Shown: positions 45,688 through 55,330 of the stretch, piece by piece
Position numbering within the stretch: the stretch's first letter is position 1
Layout: each line of letters starts with the position of its first letter
From: Candidatus Woesebacteria bacterium
GTDB lineage: Bacteria; Patescibacteriota; Microgenomatia; UBA8517
Assembly: GCA_013426185.1 (NCBI GenBank)
Contig: CP058602.1
Span: 10,231-74,230, forward strand
Direction: 5' to 3'
DNA length: 64,000 bases
Position numbers and translations under genes: made by a program
The notes under the pieces: generated by a model
The model's database searches: none
What the model was told of the DNA's origin: nothing
What the model saw: only the letters and a program-made list of their open reading frames with translations

Positions 45688-47706
45688 CTATTTTATCTCT
45701 TCTAGCTGGTTTTTGGCAAACTCGTCGTTGGGGTTTATTTTTTCAAGAATGTATTTTAGCTCTTCTTTGGCTTTTTCTTTTTCTCCTAGTTTATTGTAGG
45801 CGGTCGATAGAGCAAGCCTTCCGTCACGGTAGTTACTTTTAAGCTCAACGCTTTTTTCAAGCACTTCTTTTGCTTTTTGGGGATTATTTGATCTTAGATA
45901 AATCAGGCCAAGATTATAATAAACTTTAGGGTCAGTTGGAGCAAATTGAGAAAGATCAAGTAGCGAATTTTCGGCGTCGGTGGTAAGTTTGGGGTCAATA
46001 ATTGAAAGCTGTATTAATATGGAAGAGTATGTTTTTCTAAAAAAGATGTTGTTTGGCGAAAGGTTAACGGCTTCTTTAATTTGGTCAAGAGCTTTGTTTG
46101 CTAACTCTTCTGTTTGATTTTGGTTATTTTTATTAAAGGCAGAAATTGCAAGGCCAAGAGTGGTTTTGGCAAGTTCGTCGAGATAAACCGGCTCTTGTGG
46201 TTTTAGTTTTATGGCTTTATTTAAAGAGTCTTGAGCAAAAGCGTAATTTTTGCTTCTGTTGTAATCTTTGGCGCGGCTATAGTAAAAATCAGCCAGCCAG
46301 TAGTTGATGAGTTTATAAATTATAAAAATAGAAATGAAACCTAAAATTAAAAGGCTTATTTTTGCTTTAGTGTCAAAATAATATTTTTCTTCTTTTTCTT
46401 CGGCTTGATTTTTGAAAGAGAAGGCAATAGCCGGATAAATAAAGAATAGAAAACTAGTGACAGCAACCGAGAAGCCAAAGATATTGGTTGTAAGAAAGCC
46501 AATATATCCTGAAAGAAGGCCGAGGGTTATAAACTTTTCTTTTTCATCTTTTGTTTTTTTAATTTCTCTTGCCATCATTAAAATTGATGAAAGAATAAGG
46601 ATAAGATAGCTAAAAAGACCCAAAATGCCTGTATTGGCAAGATAATTTAGGTATTCGTTGTGAGCTTTGTTGTAAACAAAATCCCATTCAGATGTAAGAT
46701 TGTGTTCGGCTGGCTTGTATTTGAAATAGGAAAGGGCAAATGTTTCAGGTCCTGTGCCAAAGACAGGATAATCTTTAAAGACTTTAATGGCTCCTTTCCA
46801 GACGATTTTTCTAATCTCTCCTGATTCAGTTCCTCCTGTTTCAAGAACAGTGCCTGCTTGAGGAGGGGTAGAATTTTTATTTTTTGAAATCAGCTCTTTT
46901 AGACTGGGAGTCCATGGAGTTCCAATTATTAAAGTAATAAAGATAATTGAAAGATTGAAGAGAAGGGCTTGCTTTTTGATTTTAGCTTTGTTGATAAGAA
47001 AAGAAATCAGCCAAAATAAAATATTTGCTGCAACAAATCCCAAAAGTCCCGAGCGCGATTTAGTAAAAAGAAGAACCAGAAAGTAAATTAAGGCAAGTAT
47101 AAAAAACCTTCTTTGCGATCTCTTTTTATCAAGATAAAAAGTGTAAGCAAGGCTTGTTGGAAAGATAAAAACAATAAAGGCGGAAAGCCAATTGGGTTGG
47201 CCGAGAGTTGAAAAAACGCGATTTTGGACATCTTGCACCCAGATGTTTTTATCAATGCCTGCTTTTTGAAGGATGGCATAAAGACAAACAATAACGCTTG
47301 AGGCAAAGGTGATTTTTATAAAATCAATTACTTTTTCCTTTTTAATGTTATTGACAAAGGCAAAGTAAAGGAGCGTGTAGGAAATAATTGGAAGAAGTCC
47401 GCCGTTAAAGCGGGAGTAATAGCCAAAAATAGACATATGCCTGTCAATTGAAAAGTAGGTTGAGATGAGGTTTGCAAGAAGAAAAGTGATAAGAGGCAAA
47501 TCAAGCGGAGTTTTTTTGAAAGTTAGTTTTTGGCTGATGATAATTTTAGCAAGCCAAAAAGAGGTGATTATTGTGGTTAAAATGTAGAGAAAAACGATTT
47601 TATTGAATTCAAAAAGTTCGGATGTGACAGGAATGACAATAAGGGGCAAGAGAAAAAAAAGGAGAGAGAAGGAAAAATATATCGCTTTTTCTATTTTTTG
47701 TATCAC
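45688..47706 (-). CDS. Polytopic membrane protein with C-terminal TPR repeats (O-antigen ligase/Wzy-like family)
   Basis: ~10 TM helices then TPR-like repeats ('YYNLGLIYLRSNNPQKAKEVLEKSVELKSN'). Confidence 0.55.
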   Translation of the reverse strand: MIQKIEKAIYFSFSLLFFLLPLIVIPVTSELFEFNKIVFLYILTTIITSFWLAKIIISQKLTFKKTPLDLPLITFLLANLISTYFSIDRHMSIFGYYSRFNGGLLPIISYTLLYFAFVNNIKKEKVIDFIKITFASSVIVCLYAILQKAGIDKNIWVQDVQNRVFSTLGQPNWLSAFIVFIFPTSLAYTFYLDKKRSQRRFFILALIYFLVLLFTKSRSGLLGFVAANILFWLISFLINKAKIKKQALLFNLSIIFITLIIGTPWTPSLKELISKNKNSTPPQAGTVLETGGTESGEIRKIVWKGAIKVFKDYPVFGTGPETFALSYFKYKPAEHNLTSEWDFVYNKAHNEYLNYLANTGILGLFSYLILILSSILMMAREIKKTKDEKEKFITLGLLSGYIGFLTTNIFGFSVAVTSFLFFIYPAIAFSFKNQAEEKEEKYYFDTKAKISLLILGFISIFIIYKLINYWLADFYYSRAKDYNRSKNYAFAQDSLNKAIKLKPQEPVYLDELAKTTLGLAISAFNKNNQNQTEELANKALDQIKEAVNLSPNNIFFRKTYSSILIQLSIIDPKLTTDAENSLLDLSQFAPTDPKVYYNLGLIYLRSNNPQKAKEVLEKSVELKSNYRDGRLALSTAYNKLGEKEKAKEELKYILEKINPNDEFAKNQLEEIK

Positions 47707-48037
47707 AGATTAATTTTAGGTTTATTGAGGCTTTAAGGCAAGGGGAAAGCAGTCGGAGTTGGTCCTCGCTTAGAGCAAGGTTGGCCAAAGTTAGTCTCCA
47801 CCTGCGGCGGAGTTAGTCGAAGCTGGCAGGAAGCTAGTATTTAGTATTTTGTATTATGTATTATGCAGGAAATACAAGTAGGAAGTAGAAAGTAGTAAGT
47901 AGAAAGCAAAATTCATAAATCTTAAATCTTAAATCCTAAATCTAGATTCTATAATCTGTTTGTAATTTGGATCTTGGAATTTGTAATTTTAACTTTTGTA
48001 ATCCGTGACAAGGACGGACCTTGTCAACAAAACTAAA
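47707..48037. repeat. Modular low-complexity repeat array ending in the palindrome tgacaaggacggaccttgtca (48006-48026)
   Basis: Direct reading. Confidence 0.85.
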
Positions 48038-49249
48038 TTAGAGGGGAATGTTTGTGTATGCCACAACATGTGGTAGGCTAGAAAATGGAGCGGTAAGTAT
48101 TTTATCGTTTAAGAGATAGAACGGATTTCTTTTTTGATTTGCTTTGATGAAGCAAAGATTGAAGGTTTTGGCATATAGTTTTTCTATATCATTTTGATTG
48201 GGGTTTTTGTAAAGTTCCGTTTCAAAAATAGTTGTCCAAAAGGCAATTAGTGCTTTAGCTAAACTTGCTCTAAAAAGGTCTTCTGATAGATCTTTTAGAA
48301 GGGAGAATTCTATGTTTATTGCATCTTTCTCCTGAAAATATCTTCCTTTTTCAAGAGGATCTAGTCCATTTTGAAAATTTTTTAAAAAGCTGATTACGTG
48401 GCTCATCTCGTGTATAAGACCCATTATCTGATGGCGGAAGTTAGCATAGTTATCAATGGTTATTAAGAAGTTGTCTTTTGTCTTGTCGTATTTTATTGAT
48501 GTGGATTCGCCTGTTTTAATTTTTACTTTGGATTTAAAAGCAGAAAAGGATGGATATTTTTGGAACACGAAGTCAAGTGCTTCTTTTTGTTTTTCAAAGG
48601 GGAATTTTGCGAGCCTGCAAACAAAACAGGGTAGATTGTATTCTGAATAAAACCAAAAAGGCAAGTTGCCAGTATTAGGAAAAAGTTCATTATATTTTTT
48701 GATTGTTTTATATTTTTCGCTTTTAAATCTTTGAAAATCTTTTTTTGGTATTTTAAATTGCTTGAGAGAAAATTCTAATGGTGACATTTTTTCCTTCTTA
48801 AGAAAATATTCTATGCGAGTTGAAATTAGCCTGATGAATTTACTCTTAGCTTCTTCAATGGGGAAATTGAGGTCTTTCCATAATTTTTCCCTTTTGGCGG
48901 GAGAAGTATTGTTTATCTCTTGGTTGATTCTATAGAGGAGAGGAATAGGAAGTAGTGAGAAATATTCGGATATGGCTTGAAAATATGGTTCTGATGGAAA
49001 TTTTCTGCGATCAATTTTTATTATAGTTTTCCGAGCCAGATCTTTTTCTAGATTTTCCCTAACCCAATAGGTAATATAAGTTTCTTTACATGATGTTTTT
49101 GGCGATTCTAGTCTTGTGTAGTTTTTTTCTGCCTCCTTGATACCTGCCTTTGCTGTTTGTTTAATATTATCTAATGAAACATCTAAGCCTGCTTTTCGAT
49201 ATTTCATCTGATATTCTATTAATATTTTTTCTATTTTTTGTGAGAGCAT
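48038..49249 (-). CDS. Hypothetical protein with HExxH motif (possible zinc metallopeptidase)
   Basis: 'GLIHEMSHVISF'; otherwise unassigned. Confidence 0.4.
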   Translation of the reverse strand: MLSQKIEKILIEYQMKYRKAGLDVSLDNIKQTAKAGIKEAEKNYTRLESPKTSCKETYITYWVRENLEKDLARKTIIKIDRRKFPSEPYFQAISEYFSLLPIPLLYRINQEINNTSPAKREKLWKDLNFPIEEAKSKFIRLISTRIEYFLKKEKMSPLEFSLKQFKIPKKDFQRFKSEKYKTIKKYNELFPNTGNLPFWFYSEYNLPCFVCRLAKFPFEKQKEALDFVFQKYPSFSAFKSKVKIKTGESTSIKYDKTKDNFLITIDNYANFRHQIMGLIHEMSHVISFLKNFQNGLDPLEKGRYFQEKDAINIEFSLLKDLSEDLFRASLAKALIAFWTTIFETELYKNPNQNDIEKLYAKTFNLCFIKANQKRNPFYLLNDKILTAPFSSLPHVVAYTNIPL

Positions 49250-49346
49250 CTTTTTAATTTTATCAGTTTCGGCAGAGGCAAGACAAAAATTAATTGAATT
49301 GTTGAATAGACTGAATATTTTGCAGTAAATTAAAGGGAAGAAAAGC

Positions 49347-49769
49347 TCATTCTTTGAGATATTCTTCGAAGAGCTGATGAATTAATTGGTCAATTTCCCG
49401 AGATGACTTTTGTTTAGAAGTACCTGCGGTAATATCGTCGAGTGGGCAAACTGTATCTAATATTTGTTCTAATTCTGGACCTTCTATATCTGAAAGACAT
49501 AGCTCATAGATTCTTGCCCCTAAACTAATTGTAAACTTTTGATCTACCTCACCCTTAAAATAACTTTCAAAATTGTCGCGGAGGAGTTTTTTAACTTCTG
49601 TTGCTGGAATAACCTCTCCTTTTTCTAGTCTGTGTTTGATATTAAGAGTCTTCCCGAGGTAGTTATCTATTTTTTCCCAATACTTATCCCGTTTTTCAGA
49701 AGGTAGCTCATTATTTTTTTGTTGTTTTTTCACTTTCTCCATTTTAATTTTATTTGATTGATTTGGCAT
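49347..49769 (-). CDS. Hypothetical protein
   Basis: ORF only. Confidence 0.35.
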   Translation of the reverse strand: MPNQSNKIKMEKVKKQQKNNELPSEKRDKYWEKIDNYLGKTLNIKHRLEKGEVIPATEVKKLLRDNFESYFKGEVDQKFTISLGARIYELCLSDIEGPELEQILDTVCPLDDITAGTSKQKSSREIDQLIHQLFEEYLKE

Positions 49770-49952
49770 TTCAAGACTGGTTTTTGAAAATAAAAGGAGG
49801 AATGGAGGCTAAAGCCTTCATCTGGTAGGTACAGACTTTACTCCTTTACGGAGCCGTTCCTCGTAAAACCTAATTATTTAGTTTTGCCCAATTTCTATCA
49901 GCTAAGAGTTACACTATTTTTCCAGAGGGAAACCAGTGCGATAAACACTTTC

Positions 49953-50876
49953 TTACCCTTCTAAGGTTCTAAGGCATTTATTAAGTGAGTTTCTCAATGC
50001 TTCTTGTTCGCCTTGAGTAGATAAATCTTTGAGCGGTTCTGTGGCTTTTATTATTTTTCTATCTTGAACAAAAACTGCCCAGTTGCGAACATCAAGTAGA
50101 GCTTTTGTTGCGATTGAGGCTGAAATTTTGTTGTCAAAATACTCTTTAATAATTCTTTTCAATATTCTATCCGATTTTTCGGGGAATACAGCGATATCGG
50201 CTAAGGTTTGGATTAGGGAACTATAGTTTTCTTCTGTTTCTAGAAACCAGTTGGTGGTTAGATCGGAGACTCTTTCTAATATGTGAATGAAATATTTCTC
50301 TTCTTTATTTTTGGTTGTTGGTTGTTGAAGCTTGTTAATACTGGAAACCGCCATTCTGGAAAAAGCAGCGATTTCTCCGAGGCTGGGTTTCTTTTTAGCC
50401 CTTGTAAGCGATACTAGCAAATCCTTTATTTCTGATATGCTCTTACTTTTTGAGACCTGATATTGGAGTTTATTAATGACTGTCTTTCTAATATGGTATT
50501 CTTTTGGCAGAGAGGATTTGTAGTAGTTAATCAGTTTTTCTTCTAAGTCTAGAATGTCTTTATCTTTCAGACTAAAAAGTTTTTCTTCCTCTAGTTCGTC
50601 TAAATCTAGTATTATCGATGCTAAAGCACCTTCTCTGTCAAGGAGATCAGAAAAGTTGTTCAATTGGAATCCTAGCTCGCTGATAATGTAAACAAAAGTT
50701 GGAAAATCTATCTTGCCTGTTAGGAAATCGTAAGTTGCCAGAAGAAAAATTCTTTTAGTAATGAGAGGACTTATTTTGTAGGATAAAAACTTTTTAAGAT
50801 AAGAATATAGTTGAGAATAGCTAAGGAGTTGGGTTTTGTTTTTAAATATTTTAATGTTATTTTTGAAATCCCTCAT
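49953..50876 (-). CDS. Hypothetical protein, member of a local paralog family sharing a 'DFLTGK(I/L)D...SxISxEL' block
   Basis: 'LLATYDFLTGKIDFPTFVYIISELGF' resembles 'LMALRDFFKGKIDLHSLSSISCELYY' (51591-52007) and 'LKTIDDFLTGDLSLDEFSAISNYLW' (52214-52435). Confidence 0.4.
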   Translation of the reverse strand: MRDFKNNIKIFKNKTQLLSYSQLYSYLKKFLSYKISPLITKRIFLLATYDFLTGKIDFPTFVYIISELGFQLNNFSDLLDREGALASIILDLDELEEEKLFSLKDKDILDLEEKLINYYKSSLPKEYHIRKTVINKLQYQVSKSKSISEIKDLLVSLTRAKKKPSLGEIAAFSRMAVSSINKLQQPTTKNKEEKYFIHILERVSDLTTNWFLETEENYSSLIQTLADIAVFPEKSDRILKRIIKEYFDNKISASIATKALLDVRNWAVFVQDRKIIKATEPLKDLSTQGEQEALRNSLNKCLRTLEG

Positions 50877-51009
50877 AACCTTTTAAGATTTTAGATCAAA
50901 AAGGAAAAATAGGAAAGAGGGCTGGGCTTTGGCCTACCATGGTGGCAACATGGGTATCTCCTAAGTGACAACCCTCTTTCCTTGCCACTTGTTTAGTTGG
51001 TGACATGCC

Positions 51010-51246
51010 TTATTTTAATGGATGACGGCCCGGATCCCCTTTGGGAACATTCTGGTCTGTTAAGTGAATATTGGGTTCTCCCCTTAAGTTAAAGCTTACT
51101 CGTATGCCTTTATCATCAGGACCAGTTTGCCCCAACAGTGTAAGATGACCGGTGTTAGGATCAAGTATATTTATCTGTCTCCACCAGTCATCTCCCATTA
51201 TTAGAGAATCTCGTTGAGAGTTAAACAAGTCGAATAACTTAGTCAT
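51010..51246 (-). CDS. Small protein (78 aa), paralog of 53413-53652, behind a conserved ~200-nt leader
   Basis: GGAGGTG Shine-Dalgarno, then ATG (MTKLF...). The tracked ORF begins 4 codons upstream (MRCEM) in both paralogs. Confidence 0.45.
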   Translation of the reverse strand: MTKLFDLFNSQRDSLIMGDDWWRQINILDPNTGHLTLLGQTGPDDKGIRVSFNLRGEPNIHLTDQNVPKGDPGRHPLK

Positions 51247-51258
51247 CTCACACCTCAC

Positions 51259-51480
51259 TTGTTAGAAATTCTTGACCGATGATGTGATTCGAGCTCTCCA
51301 GGCTCTCAACTTAGAATTACACCTCCAAAACTGAATTTAAATGTGCTTAGGATTTTTTCCCCGCTGTTGAGGTAAATCCTTATTTTTCTTTTAGCAAAAA
51401 AGGATAAAAGTCAAGTTATGGGGTGATTGATGGTGGTGGACAAGGTCCGACACTGTCCTGACAAGGACGGACCTTGTCAA
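51259..51480 (-). promoter_or_regulatory. Conserved 5' leader / candidate cis-regulatory RNA, copy 1. Contains TTGACT -35-like box and an aggatt..aatcct hairpin; begins with the tgacaaggacggaccttgtca palindrome
   Basis: About 80% identical by eye to 53665-53880 over ~190 nt. Hairpin stem conserved while loop sequence differs. Confidence 0.4.
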
Positions 51481-51590
51481 TTACCCTTTAAGGGGTCTGG
51501 TTTATAAAAGGATATATGGCTAGAAAGTAATAAGGAATAGGGAAATTCTTAAGTCTAATTTATTAATTTCTTATCCTAGACGGTTAGAAA

Positions 51591-52007
51591 TTATAAAATA
51601 TTGTTTTTGTGTTTCTCGTAGTATTCTTTAAGATTCTGTAAATGCTTTTTGTAAATATCTTTATTGTGAGCGTCTTTTTCTTTATTTAGCTGGTAATAGA
51701 AAATCTCAGTTGCGCTAAATAAAGCTCTTGCTAACTCTTTTTCAAAATTAGCATCTATTTCAGATGGTTTGCCAATCTCGTAGTATAATTCACAACTGAT
51801 TGATGATAGCGAATGTAAGTCAATTTTCCCTTTAAAAAAGTCTCTTAAGGCCATTAGAAATATGCTTTTGATGTGCTCTTCTTTTATGAGATTGCCTTTT
51901 TTTACAACCTCCTTTAAGTATTTGTAGAAAGTTTCGTAAAAGCCTTCACTATAACATATTAAGTCTTTTTCGTCTTGTGCTTGAGATTTGAGATTAATTT
52001 TTGTCAT
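51591..52007 (-). CDS. Hypothetical protein (DFLTGK-block paralog family)
   Basis: See 49953-50876. Confidence 0.4.
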   Translation of the reverse strand: MTKINLKSQAQDEKDLICYSEGFYETFYKYLKEVVKKGNLIKEEHIKSIFLMALRDFFKGKIDLHSLSSISCELYYEIGKPSEIDANFEKELARALFSATEIFYYQLNKEKDAHNKDIYKKHLQNLKEYYEKHKNNIL

Positions 52008-52213
52008 TTTTCTGTTTTATTGGAGAATAACCATTTTATTTTACACCTTTTACTTAAAGTTACTTAAAAAGAGGAAGTGGAATTTAATTCTTGCTTGGCG
52101 GCATTCAAGCTTACCCTTTCAAGGATCTGATTTATAAATTTTTAATTCCTCAATTTGTAGATCTTGAATTTCGGCCCTAAATCAAATAGCCTGTAATTGA
52201 TACGGTATAATAA

Positions 52214-52435
52214 GTGGCATATTCCATGACCAAGTCTGAAGAAACCAAGTTTTCAATCAAAGTGCCTTTGCCTAAAAAGAAGGTGGAGAAGTATCTACAC
52301 ACTTTAAGGCTCTCCTCAGTAAGGGAAGCTGGAGAGAGCAAGTTAAAGGCTTTGTTCCTTAAAACAATTGACGATTTTTTAACAGGTGATCTTTCTCTTG
52401 ATGAATTTTCTGCTATCTCTAATTATTTGTGGTAG
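52214..52435 (+). CDS. Short ORF carrying the same DFLTG block. Possibly a gene fragment
   Basis: 'LKTIDDFLTGDLSLDEFSAISNYLW'. Confidence 0.25.
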   Translation: MAYSMTKSEETKFSIKVPLPKKKVEKYLHTLRLSSVREAGESKLKALFLKTIDDFLTGDLSLDEFSAISNYLW

Positions 52436-52703
52436 GAAAGTGGAGTTGTGTTAGGAAAAGAAAAGAGTAGCAAAGAATTTTATAGCCTTTTACAAATGAG
52501 TGGGGAATTAAGCTTTTATATACGTGGTAGGACTAAAGAAGTACGAAAATCTGCTTTGAGGGTTTTAGATCTCATCTTTGATTATTACGGCAAATGTTCT
52601 TAATTGAGGAAAACTGTTGTGATTTACTCTAGATGAAAGAATAAAAGTCAAATTAAGATGTGTTCGAAAATTATGATTCTTTTTCTTGATAAGAAATATA
52701 TTA

Positions 52704-53282
52704 CTAACGCCTTAAGATCTTTTCTGAAGAACTTCTGAGATATTTTATTATGTTTTTGAATTCTTCAAGGTGGTACCTACTTTTTCTACCTTTTTCGTTG
52801 TAGTAGTTTAGATCTGCTCCTTCAAGAACAGCAGAATTTAACGGTTCGGGCATATTTTCTATAAACCCTTTGCTCCAGAAAAGAGTTTCAAAATAGTCTG
52901 ATATTTCTGCATGATCAACCTCCTTGTTATCAAGCTTCTCTAGTAATTTGAGGATGAGCCTTGCCGTCTCCTCTTCAGCTTTTTTGGTGTTTTTACTTCT
53001 AAGTGCCTCTAGGATAGGTTTGATTTCTTTTTTTATTTTTGCCATTCCCCTTTTTATGTTTTTTGGTTTTTTTGCTTGAATAGTAATTTCTGGTTGGGGA
53101 ACTAAGGAGAAATTAACTTGTGTTATCTCTTTTCCGAGAAGAACTTTACGGAGTTGGGGAAGATGCAGGATTGTCTTTATGATTTCTTTTTTTCCTAGAT
53201 CTTCATCTTTAAATTTTGACACGTCGACAGTAACTACATCATATTTCTTTCTGTTGATCTTTAAGGTAAATTTTTTCTTCAT
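52704..53282 (-). CDS. Hypothetical protein
   Basis: ORF only. Confidence 0.35.
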   Translation of the reverse strand: MKKKFTLKINRKKYDVVTVDVSKFKDEDLGKKEIIKTILHLPQLRKVLLGKEITQVNFSLVPQPEITIQAKKPKNIKRGMAKIKKEIKPILEALRSKNTKKAEEETARLILKLLEKLDNKEVDHAEISDYFETLFWSKGFIENMPEPLNSAVLEGADLNYYNEKGRKSRYHLEEFKNIIKYLRSSSEKILRR

Positions 53283-53412
53283 AATTCTATTTTAGTAGAT
53301 TTTGAGAAAAAAGGGGAAGAATTGAGAGTATTGCTCTCTACACGGTAGCTTTGTGGTTATAGCTTAACTGCACAATTCTTCCCCTTACTCAGCTACTTGC
53401 ATTGGTTTTGAC

Positions 53413-53652
53413 CTATCGATCGAATGGCCCTTTGATGGTGCCTCTTAGAAGATCAATGGAGATTCCCAGGTCTTGGTAAACGCCATGATAGTCAATTACC
53501 CGACCATTCTTGTCAAAGGTAATCGAAGTTCTTGCGTTGAATTCTTTGTTGAATTCTGTTATCTTTGTGGTCCCATCTTGAGAACCCCATATGTTAGCAC
53601 CACCTTTTGATCCCCGGATCTCAATATCTGGTTTTCCCTTAGGGTCAGACAT
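53413..53652 (-). CDS. Small protein (79 aa), paralog of 51010-51246
   Basis: Same GGAGGTG-ATG context. Sequence blocks appear circularly permuted relative to the paralog. Confidence 0.45.
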   Translation of the reverse strand: MSDPKGKPDIEIRGSKGGANIWGSQDGTTKITEFNKEFNARTSITFDKNGRVIDYHGVYQDLGISIDLLRGTIKGPFDR

Positions 53653-53664
53653 TTCACACCTCAC

Positions 53665-53880
53665 TTTTTGAATTCTGATTTGACGACCGATTTAGAGCTT
53701 TCCAGGCTCTCAACTAGAATTACACCTCCAAAACTGAATTTTTGAACGTGCTAGGATTTTCCTTCGCTTTTGAAGTGAATCCTTATTTTTCTTTTAGCAA
53801 AAAAGAGGATAAAAGTCAAGTTATTGGGGTGATTGATGGTGGTGGAATGGTCTGACCCTGTCCTGACAAGAAGGGTTTTT
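53665..53880 (-). promoter_or_regulatory. Conserved 5' leader / candidate cis-regulatory RNA, copy 2
   Basis: Aligned by eye to 51259-51480. Confidence 0.4.
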
Positions 53881-53887
53881 TGGGGGG

Positions 53888-55189
53888 TCAGAGTAAAATT
53901 TGAGCTAATTCATTTGCTTTTTCTTGGCTTATGTCTCCAAGGAAATTTACATTCATTTTTTCAGATTTAAATATTTCTTGCGCCATCTTTTTTATTTCCT
54001 CCATCTTTACTTTACTTCTTTCTTTTGAATAATCCTCAGGACTCCAGATTTCTCCATAGTCCATCAGCTCTCCAATCAGATAGCCTGATATAGATTCGGG
54101 CGTCTCAAAGCTCATATACAACAATAGGTTAAGATATTTCTTTATTCTTGAAAATTCTTCCTTTTTTACACCATTTTCTTTTATATCTTCAATTACTGAT
54201 TTTATTTTTCTAAAAGTTTTCTCTAGATTATTTATATCTGTTGATCCATAAATACTAAGGTAGCCTAGGTAGGGGAAAAGTGAAGTGTAACTACCACAAT
54301 CATATGTTAGACCCTCGGTTTCTCTTAGTGCGAGCCACAATCTTGAGAGATGACCTTTGCCTAATATGTTGTTTAAGATATTGAGAACAATCTCGTGGTG
54401 TCTTTCTACTTCACACCAGCCGAAGGCTGGAAAGTTGATATTGAAATTGATTTGTTTACTTTCATTTTTTTGTACATAGACTGTAAACTTTGAATATCCA
54501 TCCTCTTGATATTTAGGGAAAACAGTTTTCTTACCTTTTCTTTCCTTACCGAAAGTCCTTTTGATTTTGCTTGTCACTTTTTTCTCATCAAATTTTCCAA
54601 TTACCGAGATTACCATGTTGCTTGGATTTAAAAATCTCTTCTTCCAGAGAATAATGTCTTTGTCTTGAATAGATAGAATGTGCTTGATATCACCGGTTAC
54701 AGGCAACTGGTATTGCGGTATATCTTTAAAACGATTTTGCCTTATTTTTTGATTAAAGACCCAAATAGGGTCTGTGTAATTATCATTGCATTCATTGATT
54801 ATGATACTTTTTTCTTTTTCAAAATCTTTTTTAGTGAAACTTGACCTAAACACGACTTGATATAGCAAATCCACGGCTTTGTCTGCGTTAATATAAGGCG
54901 TTTTTATCCAGAATAAGGTTCCTGCTAGAGTTGTTTTCGCGTTTGTACCTCCTCCTATCTCATATATTCTTTTAAATATTTCCTGATTTGTTTTGAATTT
55001 TTCTGTTGAAGAGAAAGCAAGGTGTTCCAAGAAATGAGCGATGCCTATATGCTTTTCGTCCTTGGCATAATAATTTCCGGATTTGATTGCAGAGGCTATA
55101 TAAATAGATTGTATTTCTTTGATAGGATAAAGTATTAAGGTTAATCCGTTTTCTAAAGTTATGATCCTGTACGCATTTTTTATTTTCAT
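53888..55189 (-). CDS. M16-family zinc peptidase (second copy in window)
   Basis: 'HFLEHLAFSSTEKF' inverted zinc motif; ~430 aa. Confidence 0.75.
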   Translation of the reverse strand: MKIKNAYRIITLENGLTLILYPIKEIQSIYIASAIKSGNYYAKDEKHIGIAHFLEHLAFSSTEKFKTNQEIFKRIYEIGGGTNAKTTLAGTLFWIKTPYINADKAVDLLYQVVFRSSFTKKDFEKEKSIIINECNDNYTDPIWVFNQKIRQNRFKDIPQYQLPVTGDIKHILSIQDKDIILWKKRFLNPSNMVISVIGKFDEKKVTSKIKRTFGKERKGKKTVFPKYQEDGYSKFTVYVQKNESKQINFNINFPAFGWCEVERHHEIVLNILNNILGKGHLSRLWLALRETEGLTYDCGSYTSLFPYLGYLSIYGSTDINNLEKTFRKIKSVIEDIKENGVKKEEFSRIKKYLNLLLYMSFETPESISGYLIGELMDYGEIWSPEDYSKERSKVKMEEIKKMAQEIFKSEKMNVNFLGDISQEKANELAQILL

Positions 55190-55330
55190 ATTTGTATTTT
55201 ATCATTTGATAGTGATTATGAGAGCGAATGGACAATGTCCAACCCTGTCCTGACAAGGACGGACCTTGTCAGTTGGACGGCTAAGTTATAAAGTAGGAAA
55301 AGGATGTTGTTTAGTTTTTATTTTTAATCA